The notes under the pieces were generated by a model. That model was not told the DNA's origin, did no database searches, and was given only the letters and a program-made list of their open reading frames with translations. Below, one piece after another: positions 25,420-40,400 of a DNA stretch of 64,000 nt. The stretch's first letter is position 1. Every line of letters starts with the position of its first letter. Source of the DNA: Phoronis australis (taxonomy: Eukaryota; Animalia; Phoronida). The position numbers were made by a program, and so were the translations under genes. The stretch is taken from the NCBI GenBank assembly GCA_002633005.1, contig NMRA01000228.1:360120-424119 (forward strand), given 5' to 3'.

Positions 25420-28400
25420 ATGGCACGGCAAACAGGAACATTCACTCAACAACTCAGGGCTTTGGTGTGGAGGAATATTCTGCTGAAGACGAGGAATAAG
25501 AAACAAACTGTTCAAGTAAGTTGTTTCTGGCGAGCAAGTGCGCCCTCCTGTGGGTAGCAATATCATGAAAATATTTTTTACCATAGTCATTTGGGTTAAT
25601 ATGAAGAGTGCTTAAACGTTTAAACCAATTTTTTGAACACCTTGGTGATAACATGGCTCTTTTTTATCATAAATGTGTACTTATTGTTGTATTATTGTTG
25701 GCACTTATTATTTTTTATTTCTTTGCGCAAGTATTTTCTCCATTTTTGTAACTTTCAGTAAAAGCTTCAGGGTCCTCAGCTATTAAATTGTTACATTGTT
25801 GACTGGATACAACGTCATTTGCAAGTTGTTTAAAGGGACATTATTGGCAAGAAAAGTGATCTTCTGAGGTTAAACTCTCTGTGAATCCGACTTGCAACGC
25901 CCGCGATCTCAGTCTGACACCGCTGGTGGAGCTAAATTCCACTCAATAAATGGCAGAGCATTCAAAGCGGATTTAACTGTTAAAGTCACCTGCCATGATT
26001 TCAGCAAATACCTAATCGACAAAGACAAGAATTATCAACTTGTAACAAATATAAAAAAGAACTTAAGTTTTTGTTTTATAGCTCTGGTCAAAGCTAATAA
26101 CTTTAAGAAGTTGATCCCATCTAACTATAATCCCAAAAAAGCGTTGTTGGCTGTAAAACCGTTAATCTCCTTGTGCTAAATAAGTATACTTGTACTACTG
26201 CAGCTACCACTGTTCTTATGTCTTCACTCAGTCTGGTGTGTTGATGTTTTCCAGGAGTTCCTACTCCCTGTTGGGTTTATATTGCTGCTGGCCCTGATAA
26301 AATGGCTGTCAACACCAAAACAGGAGCCAGCCATTACAGACTTTCCTGCGCACAATCTCTTTACTTCTCAGTTCTCAAAGACTGGATTATTGTACGTGTA
26401 TGACAACAGCAGTGAAGTGCAAGACATAGTAAGATTAGTGTCGAGAGAGGGTGGTTATGAACCTGTGTACTTCTCTTCGTTATCTGATATGGAGAAGAGT
26501 TATGAAGATTTAGAAAACAAAACGGATGTAGCAGCTGGATTAATATTCGTAATCAACGCGACGACGCGTCAATTCAACTACTCTATTCGTGTTCGCAACT
26601 CCCAAATTCCCGATGAGACGTCGTTTGAATTTGTCAAAAGAGGTTTGTACCTTTACAGTTTTATTCCTAAGGACCCTGTTGCTAAGGTAGTTCTTTATAT
26701 GGTTTTTGAAATCTGGTAAAACCAAGTGCGAACCGACCTAGTGGTGCGCAGTCTGACTAAGAATCATTCAAGTCATTTTTTGCGGTCACAGTTGCCTGCT
26801 TTCACCCATATCCAGTTTTAAACCATGATGTTAAGATGAACTCAGGAAGTCTAAGACCATGTTTGACTGGGCACATGTGGTATTGGCTCTTGATGCATGC
26901 TTGCAGCCCTTCTCTTATCACTTCAAGACAATATGCTGACCAATGTTATAATTGGATAGGTTTTACTGACACACATTCTAGGCATGTGCTTCGTCCCCGT
27001 GAGAACTCTCGACTGTTGAATGGAACATGCTCACAGTAAATCATATAGTTCATTATGTACATGGGGATTGTTTCTTTGCCAATTTCCAAATTTCTGCCTA
27101 GAAGTCATCTCACACATATTTGATGTCTGAAAGACAAGAAAATTACCAAAATAGACTCCAAGTTATTTAACTGATTATTGAGAGACTGTGAATTCAATCT
27201 AATCGTAGGAAGGCAAACCCAGTGCAGGGTTTTTGTATAGACTTCCTGTAACTTATGCAGTGAGTGTTGTTTTCTTTGTGCCGTTTGTCTGTTCTGTGTT
27301 TTTATTTGGTTACGGTAGTTGTTGTTGAATTTGTTAAGTTTATTATGCGAACATTGTTCTTTATAATTAAACAGTTTAGAGTGACTATAAGTCCACAGGT
27401 GGACTGGGTGCATTTGCACAGGGTGCTGTAATAAAGAAGATCTATTCAAATCATAAATTGAATACACGTCTATATCTACTGTTTTGTTGTAGAAGATAAC
27501 TCAAGTTTCACTCACACTATTTTAAAAAGTTGCTCCTGATCTTAGTTACTTTTTGCTCGAGTGTTTCACATGTAGGTTCGTGGGCCTCGTCCTGGATGTA
27601 GACACTACCTTACAATTCAGGGCATGGGCCTAATTACCGGCACTACATTCTACATACTAGGTGGTCATTTTGACAGTTTAATGACAGCGTCTCAGTTTAT
27701 TGAGTTTCAAGTACACTTGTTTCAAGGGTACTTGTTCAGGCTAATGAACACGTATTATCTGAGAGTATGAAGAAAAAAATATCAATTGTTTCTCGTTGTT
27801 TTCAGGACTTCACTATCCGTGCTTCATGTTTTACATGGTGATTTTTCACTACTAGAACTGCAGAAATTTTCCCTATGGAGATTGTTTTGCAGAATCAGAG
27901 ATGTACCCTTTGTTTCTTTCATTCTAACAATAATTGATTCAGTGAACAAAGCGTGCTAATACGTAGTATTGTTATAGCTTATTCGTTGTTTTACATGCCT
28001 ACACTTTGAGACTGCATTGATTTTCTTCACCAGACTGTGACTTTGTACACTGTAGCACGCCGCCTTCCTGTCTGCTGTTTTAGGACATTGTGTTGAGTAG
28101 CTGAATTTGTCAGGCTCAATATATTGCTTAATGCAAACTTTAAATGATGGTCTTAGGATTTCTGCTTTCTCAGAGACATACATAATTTAAGTGTCTGTTG
28201 TTAAGGATCATTAATATTCCTGGCTAGATTTACTGTATCACATTCCTTTTAATTCCACTATCAGTCCTAGTAGCACACATTTTTAACCCTTATTGAATGG
28301 TTAGAAGAAGTTATGATCCAAGCATTACCTATCCCATAACAATCCGTAGCCGAAGAAAATTTGTATAAACGCGTCACTCATGATTCCGTGTCACTCATGA

Positions 28401-31400
28401 TTCCGACCCGAAGAACACACCGCCATTTTGAACTAACCGCGAAACTGGAAGTACAATTCATTCAGTCAGATTAATACTAATTATCATGTGAACTTCATTT
28501 ACATTTAGAATTTAAGAAGTCCAACCCTTTTATTGATAGGTCTACCTCAGTTGGGATCCTGTCTGAAGTAAGTGTTGAATATTACTGTGAGCTGTTTAAG
28601 GCTGCTCATTTGAAGCCTGTTCTAGTTTACTCAATGGATGACATTCTTTGTTTGTCTTTTAGGCCAGTAAGGAATCCAGCTTCCTGTACTCAGACAGCAC
28701 TAGGCTGAGCATTCCTACTAAAATGTACTTTTTCTGCCAATGCTTTGAAATTTCTAAACCTGTCTTAAAGGTGTGTGTGAGCAGTATAAAACTGTAATTG
28801 TTATAATCGTGGTAGTCTAAAGAGATGGGTGATCGCACCATGCCAGAAAGCGATGGGGTGCGCTTAGTTGGAACATGGTGAAATGTCCATCATCCCTGCT
28901 TACATCTCTTAGCATCCCACACACAGTGGCCTACTAAGCCATGAGTTTCCAGACTCCTACAAAACCATACAATTGTTCAACAATGCTACTGCCCTCCTAC
29001 TTATGTTATAACAACATGTGGCTGTATGGGTTTGTCTGTCTTATAATCTTTATACAGGTTAGTAGTATTGAATTTCCAATAGCTGTAATATACCTGCATA
29101 GTTCTACCTGTGAATAAACTGGAGTGTGAACTGTGAAGTGACTGTTGGGCTTCACAGCTGTGGAAATGTGCGACTCTTTGTTTTCTTGGTATATTGCTGC
29201 CAAGGCCAAAGTCACTCTTAAATCTTTCTGATTTACATTATGAAAATAACATTAATTAAATTTCCATTTTGCTTAATAGTTTTTAGATCAGGGATCCGTT
29301 CCAAGAAAACTGACTTGGCTAAGAAAAATCTTAAATTTCAGTCAATTTTAAGATAAAACTTAAGTTTGTCTCAAGACTGTTTCAAGAAAGAGATGTTCAA
29401 TTTGACTTAATACGATTTTTACTTAAGTTTTGTCTTAATTTTCTTAATCTTAATCTTTTGGGATGTGGAAGTTTCAAAGTTTGGAAATTGAGACAAATCT
29501 TAAACTTAAGTCAAATATGAACTTATGAAGTCAGTTTCTCAGAACGAGTCCCTGAGCTTTTCTTGTGCACCAATGTTTAAGTGGCATAGATTTCATGATA
29601 TATACTTCATAAAAATATCAGAATAATAGACTTATTATAAATTGAGTGCTTAGTGACTTAGAGTTTTCCTCTGTTTTCAAAGAATACAACACAAGTCTTC
29701 ACTAGTTGGGTTCTGACACATAAGTCCCGTCCACACACAGCCTACGTTAGAACAACTTGCGCTAGTGTAACTTATCTAGGGTAAGACAGAAGTTGTTGTT
29801 CTGTGTGAGGCAATGAACACCTAATGCCAATACAGCGCGCAAGAGAAAACCCGTCTGTATATAACCGCAGCTGATAATTACTTCCGCCCTACCCCACTTT
29901 AGTGGCCACAAGTGGCACAAGTTACCCTAGAACAAGTTACCCACCTCTACAATGTGGAATAATTTGCGCTAGTTTAAATAGCGTCCAGAAGCACCCAAAC
30001 GTTAGCGACAACTCTTCCAGGAGTAACTTGTTCTAGTGTAAGTCTGTGTGTGGGCGGCAATATAAATTGCATTGAGCATTACCCTTTTGACCACCCAGAC
30101 TTTGAAATGAGTGCTGCATAATTTTTGTCTCACATGGAAGAGAACCTTCAGAATCTAAATTTATTATGCTATTGTATCATTCAATTTCCTCTTAGCTCAC
30201 ATTTGGTCACAAAATTTAATAAATTTTATTTTGAGTGAAAGAATATAAAGCCTGAACAAAAAAATTAATTCATGTGGTGTTGGTCAACATTTGAACAAAC
30301 ATAGATGTTGATATCCTCACTGTGATGGGCAGCATATTAGGTAGTTGAAATGTAAAATTTATGACTTAGCATTCGGTGGAGTATTTGTGAGCAATTCATG
30401 TGTTTTTATGTGCTCTGGCCCTTGTATATGTGTGTCATTGGGTGCATATTGTCATCTCCGTCAGGCGTCTACAGCGGTATCTCCTAAACCCCTTGCAGGA
30501 CAGTCATGACAATGCATGAGGATGACCTTTGGGCCAATTTGGCTACTGGCATGCTACTTGGAGGCAATTTTAGTTTTTGCATTTGCAAATTATATCTGCC
30601 ATTTAGTTCCTGATGGATCTTAACAAAACTTAAGAGATACGTTAGATGGAATGGATCTTTAAAAATTGGCAGATTTTTTAGAGAGAATAGCGGCTGATGG
30701 TGTTGGAACGATTCTGTCATATTGAGCACCCTCTGTGGCAATTTTGGTATTTTGATTCTGTTTTATTTTGATGCCTACCATGTTTTCTATGAAGTGAGAT
30801 AAAATTAGGAGTCATCGTTTTTGAGCTAGTTTAGCATCACATATAAGAAATGCAGAGCTTGACCTTCTTAAAAGCACGCCAATGTCACGATCACAATTAC
30901 CATGCTGAATTTCTCTAGATGGCGATCATGTTACATTGTGAAATAAGTTAAGTGAAGTGAACAATAATTTCTCTAGATGGCGATCATGTTACATTGTGAA
31001 ATAAGTTAAGTGAAGTGAACAATAATTTCTCTAGATGGCGATCATGTTACATTGTGAAATAAGTTCAGTGAAGTGAACAATAATTTTTTTTCAATAAACT
31101 CAAAATTGCCATTTGAATAAAGTCACACCTAACGTCTACACTTGGGTTTGCCTATTGCATATTGTGATGTCATTGGGAAATTTTATAGTTCACACTATAG
31201 GTAAATGCCGAAATAACAAAAGCTCAATTGAAGTTAACATGTTTTATAAATATCCTGTTATTTGAAAAAATTCATATTTGAATTTTTCATAAGTTAGTCA
31301 ATGCAAGAAAACAAGCAATGCTTTACGGCTTTTAGGCAAACTGCATCATTCTACAGTCTACGTTCATATTGTTCTTAAATATGTTTGAAACTTGGATATC

Positions 31401-34400
31401 GTAACCTCTGCTACTGTCTTGTAACCGTATTTTGATTCACTGTACCTAGGTTCGTGTCGTAACACAACTGGTTTGGACGATAGTAATGACTGTCAAGCTA
31501 ACAAGTATCTGTGGACTGGCTTTGCCTCATTACAAGCCAGTGTGGATGCAGCTATCATTAAGGTATGTGTGTGTTGATGTCCACTTAAAACTTTTGCCAT
31601 TGATTATGGTAATATCTTGCCGATTTTGAACAAAAGTAATTGACATGGAAGCACATTGTTCGTTTTCAAGGACTTCTGTTGTGAATGCCCACAATTTTTC
31701 AAGGTATATTGTGTTGATAGTGATGGTAAGGAACTTGGATATGTCGAGGTATCATTGTGGTACTATGTGCCTTTTATGAAAAAAATGAGGAAAATGAAAT
31801 TTCATCTGTTTGCCACATTGTGTCCTGAAGTGTTGAGATTCCACTGTATCAGTCATCCACAGTGTTGATGCAAAACATTGGACTATTTCCTTACCTCACA
31901 CATTATCAGCAATCTATGACTTTCCTAAATTTTGTAATAGATCAAAAAATAAACATTATTGATAAACTGATTTGAGATATTATCAAGATCTGTGTGTTCT
32001 TCCTGCACTATTACAATACCAAGAGGCACATGTATAGTTTCCCGTTTGAACAACGCTTGAGACGTTCTCCTATCATGTGTACCTATAGTTATGAAGGTTC
32101 CTCTCCCTCCTGCAGAGTCTGCTGGGCTCTCCATATGGATAAGTTATCAATTGTCCTACAAGTTTCCAGTGTCCTCATCTGCCTTTCTGCTGATTGAGAC
32201 ACACTTACAGTTAGAAAATATTTTCACTTGCTGACCTTTGCCAATGTATTATTATTTTTACATGGAAAGAATAACACAGCAAGTACCACTACCAACCTTA
32301 TTTCAATCATTGGTCTTCATGGCTCAGAGCTTTCCAAACTTGGCGCGCAGCTTTTCAAACATGGGTCAAGATTTCCAAATATGAATTAGCACCATGTTTG
32401 AATACATGTAGTGAGAGAACATTGGCTTGATTATTATCTGATAATGGCAGTGTTGTAGCTGCCCAGGTTCCTTTTATTCTTCAGTACCAAACAAACTTCA
32501 TCAAATTAATCATTACTAACTAAACATAGGTGTGTGTACTAGAAGAAGTGAGAAAGTGCTGATTAAATGAGACTGGAAAAAGCTGGTGAACCTGTTGTGG
32601 ACGGAATCGGCTACATAGGGAGCTGTTGCAGTTTGCTGGCTCAGATTACTCTAAAGCTGATGGTAAATGTAATAAAAAAACTATAAAGGGGAAAATTTTG
32701 CTGACTTGGTGGCTAAAGAAAGGGAATTATTGTGCCTGGAACAGGGGATTTGTGGTTTGACAAGGAGTAGGTGAAACGAACATTCTGAATCATTTTCACA
32801 TTTCTTGAATCCTGTGGACACCCACTGACTTAAGTTGTTCTGAGTACTTAAAAAATCACTTCAAACCTCTATTAGCCATACTTCCTTATAATCCAGCAGA
32901 ATAAATAGTTTTCTGCTCCTATTCATATTGAAATGTATTTTGTTACTTAAAAAGTGGCTATTGTATTATATTATTGTGCATGTCTTAATAAATTGTGAAC
33001 TGACAAAAGACCCACATTCAAATTAAGTAACAATCGTTTTCGTTTAGCTACCGTACTACAGAAACTGGTCTCAACTTGTTCTAACTCAGGTGAGAAATGG
33101 TCTCTAGGTTTGGAAAAATTACAGTAGGTTATTATAGGTGACAGTTCATTCTCAGCAAAAAAAAACTGAGCCGTGACAAGCCAAGTTGTGGAGCCTTGGT
33201 CTCGAGTAATGACGAGCTACCAATACTTTATTTCGCCACAAGAAAACACAATTTATAACCACAGCTCTGCACATCTTTACAATGGCAGGGAGACCTCCAA
33301 AGGCCCGTGAGTCGCTTAGGCGGAGGCCACCTTCAAAAAAATTAAAATACAATGTAGTATCATTAAGTCTATAAGAAAAATTATGCATATAGTCTTACAA
33401 AGTTTATCTATGTAGTCTTACATTACTTATAGCAAAATGTAGTTCATTCCACACCCAGAAATCACTTCAAATATGACTAACAATTGGTGACCAATTTTAT
33501 TAATAAAAAACTCATGGCAAGAAGGCATATTTGTCGTTGCATTCAAAAGGTCACTCTGGCATGAGACAGTTGCCTCAGTCCATGTGAACTCCTGAGTTCT
33601 TCACACTGGAGCAATCCATGCTTGTTTTCCTTCTCCTGTGTAAACCAATCCCATCTCTTATGTAATCACTGCCAATACTCCACATTCCATGCAAAGCACT
33701 TTAATTTAGCACAATGTATTGGTGCTGAGGTACTTCAACAGTTTAGAGGTTAATGGTTCTGTATAGGCTGGTGGAACTGATGTCCTGATCTTGTATTGAT
33801 CAGCCTTTGTAATGTGTTATGAACTTCAAAACCACTCACTTTTAGGCCAGTTCACTCCTGTTTTAAATTCATGAAAGGCATGTTTGCTTGTCACTTTTAT
33901 GGTTTTTGTGGTGCATAGCATTCTTTTGTCCAGCCATTCTCCTGAGGCTGATTTATTTATTTCTATCTTGTTTTTTTTCTCTTCATCCATGTAACAAATT
34001 TTATACCTTTATTATCGGTGTTCTAAATATTTTGCCCGTCTTCACATCTTTTTATTTTGTATCAGTTATTTGTAAGGGGCCACAACGAAAATAAGTTTCT
34101 CACTTTCTGGTGTTGTTCTGATCGAACATTTTTATTTTTCTCATGCACCACCATTTTATCTGTCTTCTCTTTTTCTCAAAATATTTATTTTGCAATATAT
34201 ATCCGCATGCGTGCATGCACACGCACAGAGTAGAGTGGTGCAAGCCAGAAAGCCCACAATTTCATTTCTGGTTCAACTTTCAAAATGATGAACTAGCAAG
34301 GGTAATGACTCTCTTCAAGTATTGTCACTTTTACACGAGAGACAGTTGTCATCATCAGTGTTAGTTGTCATGGCGCGACTTGCTCCATTTTAGTCGCATG

Positions 34401-37400
34401 TTCACAACATTAGATTGTAAACTGGATCAGTATTAGACTGCGAATGCTCACATAAACAACAGCACATGTCCAAACCACGTGGAATGCCAGCGTGGAATGC
34501 CAACGGATCACCCGTATAAACGTTATCGCGCAAGCGCATTGAAAGATAACCCCTTGTGGGCCCTGCCTCAGTTGTGTTTAGATGTGCAGTTGAAACTGGA
34601 GCAACTGATCAAGTGCAACTTGTGCTACCTCTCAAACCGGTGTCAAAAATGGCCGCCGTGGTGTCAACTTGCTCCGTGTCAGTCGTTTTTACTCACACAC
34701 TTGCACATCGCCGTTCTGTGTTAGTTGCTGCCTGACAGCTGTATGTCTTGTAGATTCCACTTTCGTTATGTAATTTCCATGAACCGATTTGCACAACCAT
34801 TGCCCATCACTGGGAATTATAAAGACTTATTAAAAATCAAATTAGAATGTTTTTTGCCCCTTGCTTGAGGCAAAACCCCCACCTCTTTAGGTAAAAAGGC
34901 TTAGGGTAGGCGTTTTGCCCTGGATCACAGATTATCAACAAAAATAAGATATTTATTCAAATTTCAAGAGTTGTAGTAATTAAGAGTCCTATAACGATAT
35001 AAAGGGACATATTTATCTGGGGGTATTTATACAATGGCTCTGCGTGCCATTAAAAGGATACCGTACCAGGTTTTGGCTATTAACGACTTTCCCATCGAAT
35101 TCTCACAAACTAATACTTTCCAACCCTCTACAACCCTCAAAAGTTTTGAAGAAAATTATAAAATTCCTTTCAAAGTGACCTACACTTTTGGCCAATTACA
35201 GGGCATCTGTGGGGAAAGACGACCCAGCAAGTACTATAATATCCAATCTTTGAAATAAGGCCTTTTCATACTGACTTAACTCCTGTCTGAGCGGAGCGTC
35301 GATGTAAAGTGCGAAGTTAACTAAACCGTTCATACTAGCTTTGGTAATTAACGGGCATTGAAGTAAACGGTAGGTGACGCTGTTGTAATCGAAGTAATCG
35401 CGAGGTAGCGCTGCATGCTAAGGTTTTTTTAAACGCGACAATTTGGGAACATTTACATGTGCTAATTGACAAAAAACTTATTTTTAATTCGACTGGTGAT
35501 TATTCGAGCAAAATATAATGACTATAAGCAACTACACTTCCCCTTAATTGTTGAGGATAACAGTGGCACCTGGCGATAACTTTAATGGGACTGAAGTTGA
35601 CCATTCATACTGCACCGCAGCATCGATGCTCCGCTATTAACCCTTATCCTGCGCTAGGCGAGGTCAGCCGACAAGCCTATTATCCTATTAAAATGCGTCG
35701 GGTGTACTCAATCGCCTAAAATAAGCTATGGCTAGGCTGCGCAAGGAGAGTGTACTCACCCCAGGACACTGGTGTTTTTAATTCAGAAATTGTGAAAGCC
35801 CCGTATGCTGTTTATATATGTGAGCATGCGCATTCCACAGTTCATAGTTTCCTGTACACTTTTCTGATTTACAACATATGGCTGTGATTATCTGTTTCCG
35901 AGATATTTGAAAGTTTACGCAAGTTTTATCTTGGCTGGTGCCAANTAGCTTTGTGTCCCCACCCGTGTTTCAAGTTTTTGCACACCAAGGTGAACTTCAA
36001 AACAGACTTTACAAGCAACTGCACCAGTCATGAATTTGTAATCGTGCAAAGTTGGGGTATGTTATATACTGTACATTCTTGTTTGTAGATGTGATGTTAC
36101 AGACGATAAATCTGCTTTACTAAACGCAATTCTCATAGGTTCCCTTTTAAAAATGCTTATTACGGTTTTTGAGAGTCAGCTCTGTTCTCATGTGCGAAAG
36201 CAGATAAAAACAAAGTGTGTCCAGTTCGAAAGTTTATAGAATTATTTACACCAAGGCTATGGTAAAGATATGCATATCGTGAAAATCTCCATTGAATTCT
36301 GAACAACTTTTGTGCAGACCACTTTTATGTAAAGTTGATATTACCCCTTCAAATTTCCTATCTAAAAATGTTAGGTCATTAATCTGAGTGACCTTCATAA
36401 CAGCCCAGTGCGCACAGCAGTGGTGACCTACTTAGCTCAGTGCACAGGGAAAGTTGTCTGAATAGAGGCTTAGCAGGATAAGGGTTAAATCCATCCGTTT
36501 AGTGCGAAGTTAACTGGCGCTGTTAACTTCGATCCAGAACCAAAGTTAACCGTTCACACTGACCGCAACTCCACAAAACATGGACGCGTCGACGTTAGTA
36601 TGAAAGGCCCTACAGGGAGTATGAATTTTTCGTTGATTCCTGCTTTTATCTTTCGAATTTGACACCTAGCAACTGACACAACGAGGATTGCTTGAAATCA
36701 TCAAAGCAGGGTTTAATATCCTTTTAAGTATTCCTTAATGCATTACTCCTCCACCTTATTACAACTAACACATATTTCACTGAATCCTTTAGTGTTTTGG
36801 GGTTTCTTTTGAAAAAAAATAAATATCAAGAAGATGTGATGAACAAAATTTGTTAAAAATGGCCTCCACAAGCCATCTTGCTTGGGGGTTAACTATTTTA
36901 ACCATAAACAATAGGCTTTGAACCATTTATGACATACTTGTGTAAATTCCCCTTTGATCAGATGCCACATCTGACCTGTAGCGTGCAAACAAAGAAACAA
37001 AACAAAAACAATTTCATGACAAAGCAACATCAAGTCATGAATGTATCAAACACTAAGGATTTTGGGAGTTTAGTGGTGAAAATTCAATACATATTTTTTA
37101 CCTGAAATCTTAAGGTACAAGCCTTTAACTTTTCTACCTGACTCTTTCTCTGTCACATCGCATTTTACATTCCTTGTTTACATGATGCTAATTTGATCAT
37201 TGTCACATTGATTTGAAATGTTGTCGGTAACCCAAACTGGCCAAATAAAGTGTTGAAGACAGGCTGATTGACTAAAAAACTTCATCAGTTCAAGATTTTT
37301 AAGATGGAGTGTTATGTCATTTGCAAGAATCAGCAATAGCATTCTGTATTTTCCAAGATTGAGGATTGAAGGAACTATTGATTCAATGATGCATGCATAT

Positions 37401-40400
37401 TGATACAGTAACTACCGGTAGTGCTAACATTACTGGGCTGACCTGCGAGGCTGTTAAATTTATACTGAGACCCTGATTTTCCATTTTTGCTAATAGATAT
37501 TTCCGAATTAGTAAACAAAAAATTAAAATTTTCCATTTTGTAAATTAAGAAATTAAGTTTAATTATTTCAGAGTAATAAATAACATAAAGATGGTGCGGG
37601 AATTTTCCTTTTTCCTGCTTCATTTTATGCTGCTGCTTAATTTTATCAATAACGTGTCGCATGCCAATTTTACTGTTTCTCAAAACTAAAAAAGAACAGC
37701 GCTAACTTCAGAAGAAATTAACCACAACTTAAACTTGTGGTCTATAAAATGATTGGCTGTCGATTTGTGACCATAATCAGTCTTGAAGTCTCGTGTATTG
37801 GATTTGATGGATTTTTCTTTAATTTTTGGTAATCATAAAACAATAAATATTATACCGTTGTGGTATGTACCACTAATGTGAATTCCTTGCAAAACTTCAT
37901 AATTTCGCGAAAGAAATCAGATTCCTTGAATTCTGTTAATTTTTCGCTTGATCGTGGACAATCAGGGTCTTAACATTTTACAGATTGCAAGAATAAAACC
38001 AAAGCAGGTCTTTCGCACCAATATTAATGCATAGATATCTTGGGGAGTGTTGGTCCATGGAGATATCTTGGGAGTGTTGGCCCATGTAGGTAACTTGTGG
38101 AGTTTTGGTCCATGTATATATCTTTAAGGTCTTTCCCACAGGTTTCGAAGCTTCGGTGTTGCCAAAGTTTCAGGAACACTTAAATTTGGTCTTAAATTGA
38201 AGTTGATAAGGCAAGTTAACTCCTAAAGTGGATTTAACAGTGAACCGTCCACACTTTGCTACAATGGGAATACTTAACTTAGATGCCATCGTACTAATTG
38301 GCAGGGGTCATTCTATGCTCTATGCATACTGTGTGCAGTGGCTGGTTACTATTTGCTAACATTTTGCACTATTTTGCTAGTATAAGCATTCTGTTTCAAT
38401 CTACCCACGTATTTGCTAGATTATTTTCATTAAAAAAGTCACTAAACGTGTAGTGTATGCAAAACAAGTCCTCACCACACCATCCCACCTTTGCATCAGC
38501 TGTTGGCCTGCTTAGGAGTCAAATTTTTGTAGTACGTCATCCTCCCAACGTAGCCGTTGGCCAGAGGAAACAGTCACAGTTTAGATCTGCAGTCTGAACT
38601 GTTAATTGGTCAAATGTTGAAGTGCTTCTCATTTGAATAATTGATTTCCAAGCTGCTGCAAATATTTTATTTGCTGTTTGTATGCGCCAGACCATGAGAC
38701 CATAGTCTCTAGACTCCAACTTCACCTGTATTGAGAGTACTCAATGCTAGACCAATTGGTCTTGGTGACAATCAATTATCTCACAGCTGACCAAACCTGT
38801 GGCATAACCAAAGCCTTGAGTATTGATTTGAGAGGTATTGTTCATAGATTGAACAGTACATACACAGAGTGTCTGTCTTATCCATCACAGAAGTTAGTTT
38901 TTTCAATGAGTGTCGGATATACTGGGACTTCATTTTGCAAATTGAATTGGCTATTCCTGTGAAGAAGCCAATTTGTACTGTGTCAGTGTAAATCTGTAGT
39001 TGTTTGAGTGCACGTTAACTTAAATGCCGTCCACACTATGAGTTGCACTAGTGCAAGTTATCCTTGAACCAGTGTCCAGGTTTAGTAGAAGTGTGGACTA
39101 CATTTGCACTGGGCAACTTACAGTAGAACTTCTCCAGTTTGGGACAGTCTCTAAAATTTGGGACAGGAAAATTCGAGACAGTGTTGAATGTTTGCAATTC
39201 TGGAGGTTGGAACTGAGCAACTTAATAGGTGTACATCATATTTGTCACACATCAGACACTGTTTTGTATCAACATAGCCTGAAAATAGACTTGGCAGTTC
39301 ATGAATTATAGAAAATAACTCCCAATGCATTTTCATGCGTGCCATAGTGGGTAGCATGGGGGTTATTGATCATTGTTGATCGGAATTCTTGAATTTCAGA
39401 CGGCCAATTACTTTTTTCTAAAATTTGCTACAAGCTCTTACCTTGAGCAAACTAGGTTGCCAAATTGGAGAATTTTTACATAAGTTCCATGTGACGTCTC
39501 GCTCACCTTATGGGTAATTAGTTTGAGGGTAACTCCTTGGGGACAAATGGCAGTGAGATTGTAACATATAATACATACTTGACAATTCTCACGCTATAAT
39601 TATTTATATTTGGCTCATCATTTTATCAACTAAAGATCATCCTCTACTTTCATTCCAAAACCACTAGAAATAGCCAAAAATTGGATAGTGAAATGCAAAT
39701 AATCAACTACCATTTTCCAACTCTTCACATGTGTAGACTGATAACTTCCATTGTGTCGCAAGGCATCGGCTGTGTAGTGTGGTCATGTCTTTTCAGCTGA
39801 GGATGAGCTAGATTATTTACTGTATTTTGTAAAAGATCAAACTTAACAAATTAACATATTTAATGTGTGTAAAACATTTTCATAGGAGCTGTTAAAATAG
39901 CGCCTGCCCGGATAACACTGACAAACAATCTTAATATTAAATACAATGCCAATATTCGTCAAGCACGTTTGTACTCCTTTTCATGCCATTAGAGTTTCAC
40001 ATTTTTTTTGTTGTTGTCGTACTATTTACAAGATATTTGCTGCTGCTTTATTCCTTTCATCCTTCCAATGCTCACGAACTACTGCTGTAATGTTGGCTGT
40101 AACTTTTGTCAGGTTAAAGTTGAATAGTAAACTTGATAAATAGCTATGATGTGTGATGCTAAGTTCTTTGTTTTCCCAACATGAATCAAAGACAAGAAAA
40201 TAGGGAGTGATTGGATGAATCAAGTTCATCAAGTCAATTTTGAACAGAACAGAATCCCCTTTCTGGAAGATACCATTTCAATGTGGGTATTTTTATATTG
40301 ATTGAAATTGGGAATATTTCCACGGGCATACACATCAACTGTTTACAACATGACCTGTGCAAATGTGTCTGACATTCCAAAATGAGGCCAGCGAAAACCA

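Noticed and set aside
32540-32830. Possible Gypsy reverse-transcriptase remnant ([10 protein letters not shown]-like peptide)
   Set aside because: Only a few residues resemble pol, the frames are broken, and no YxDD motif or LTRs are visible. It cannot be supported without a search.
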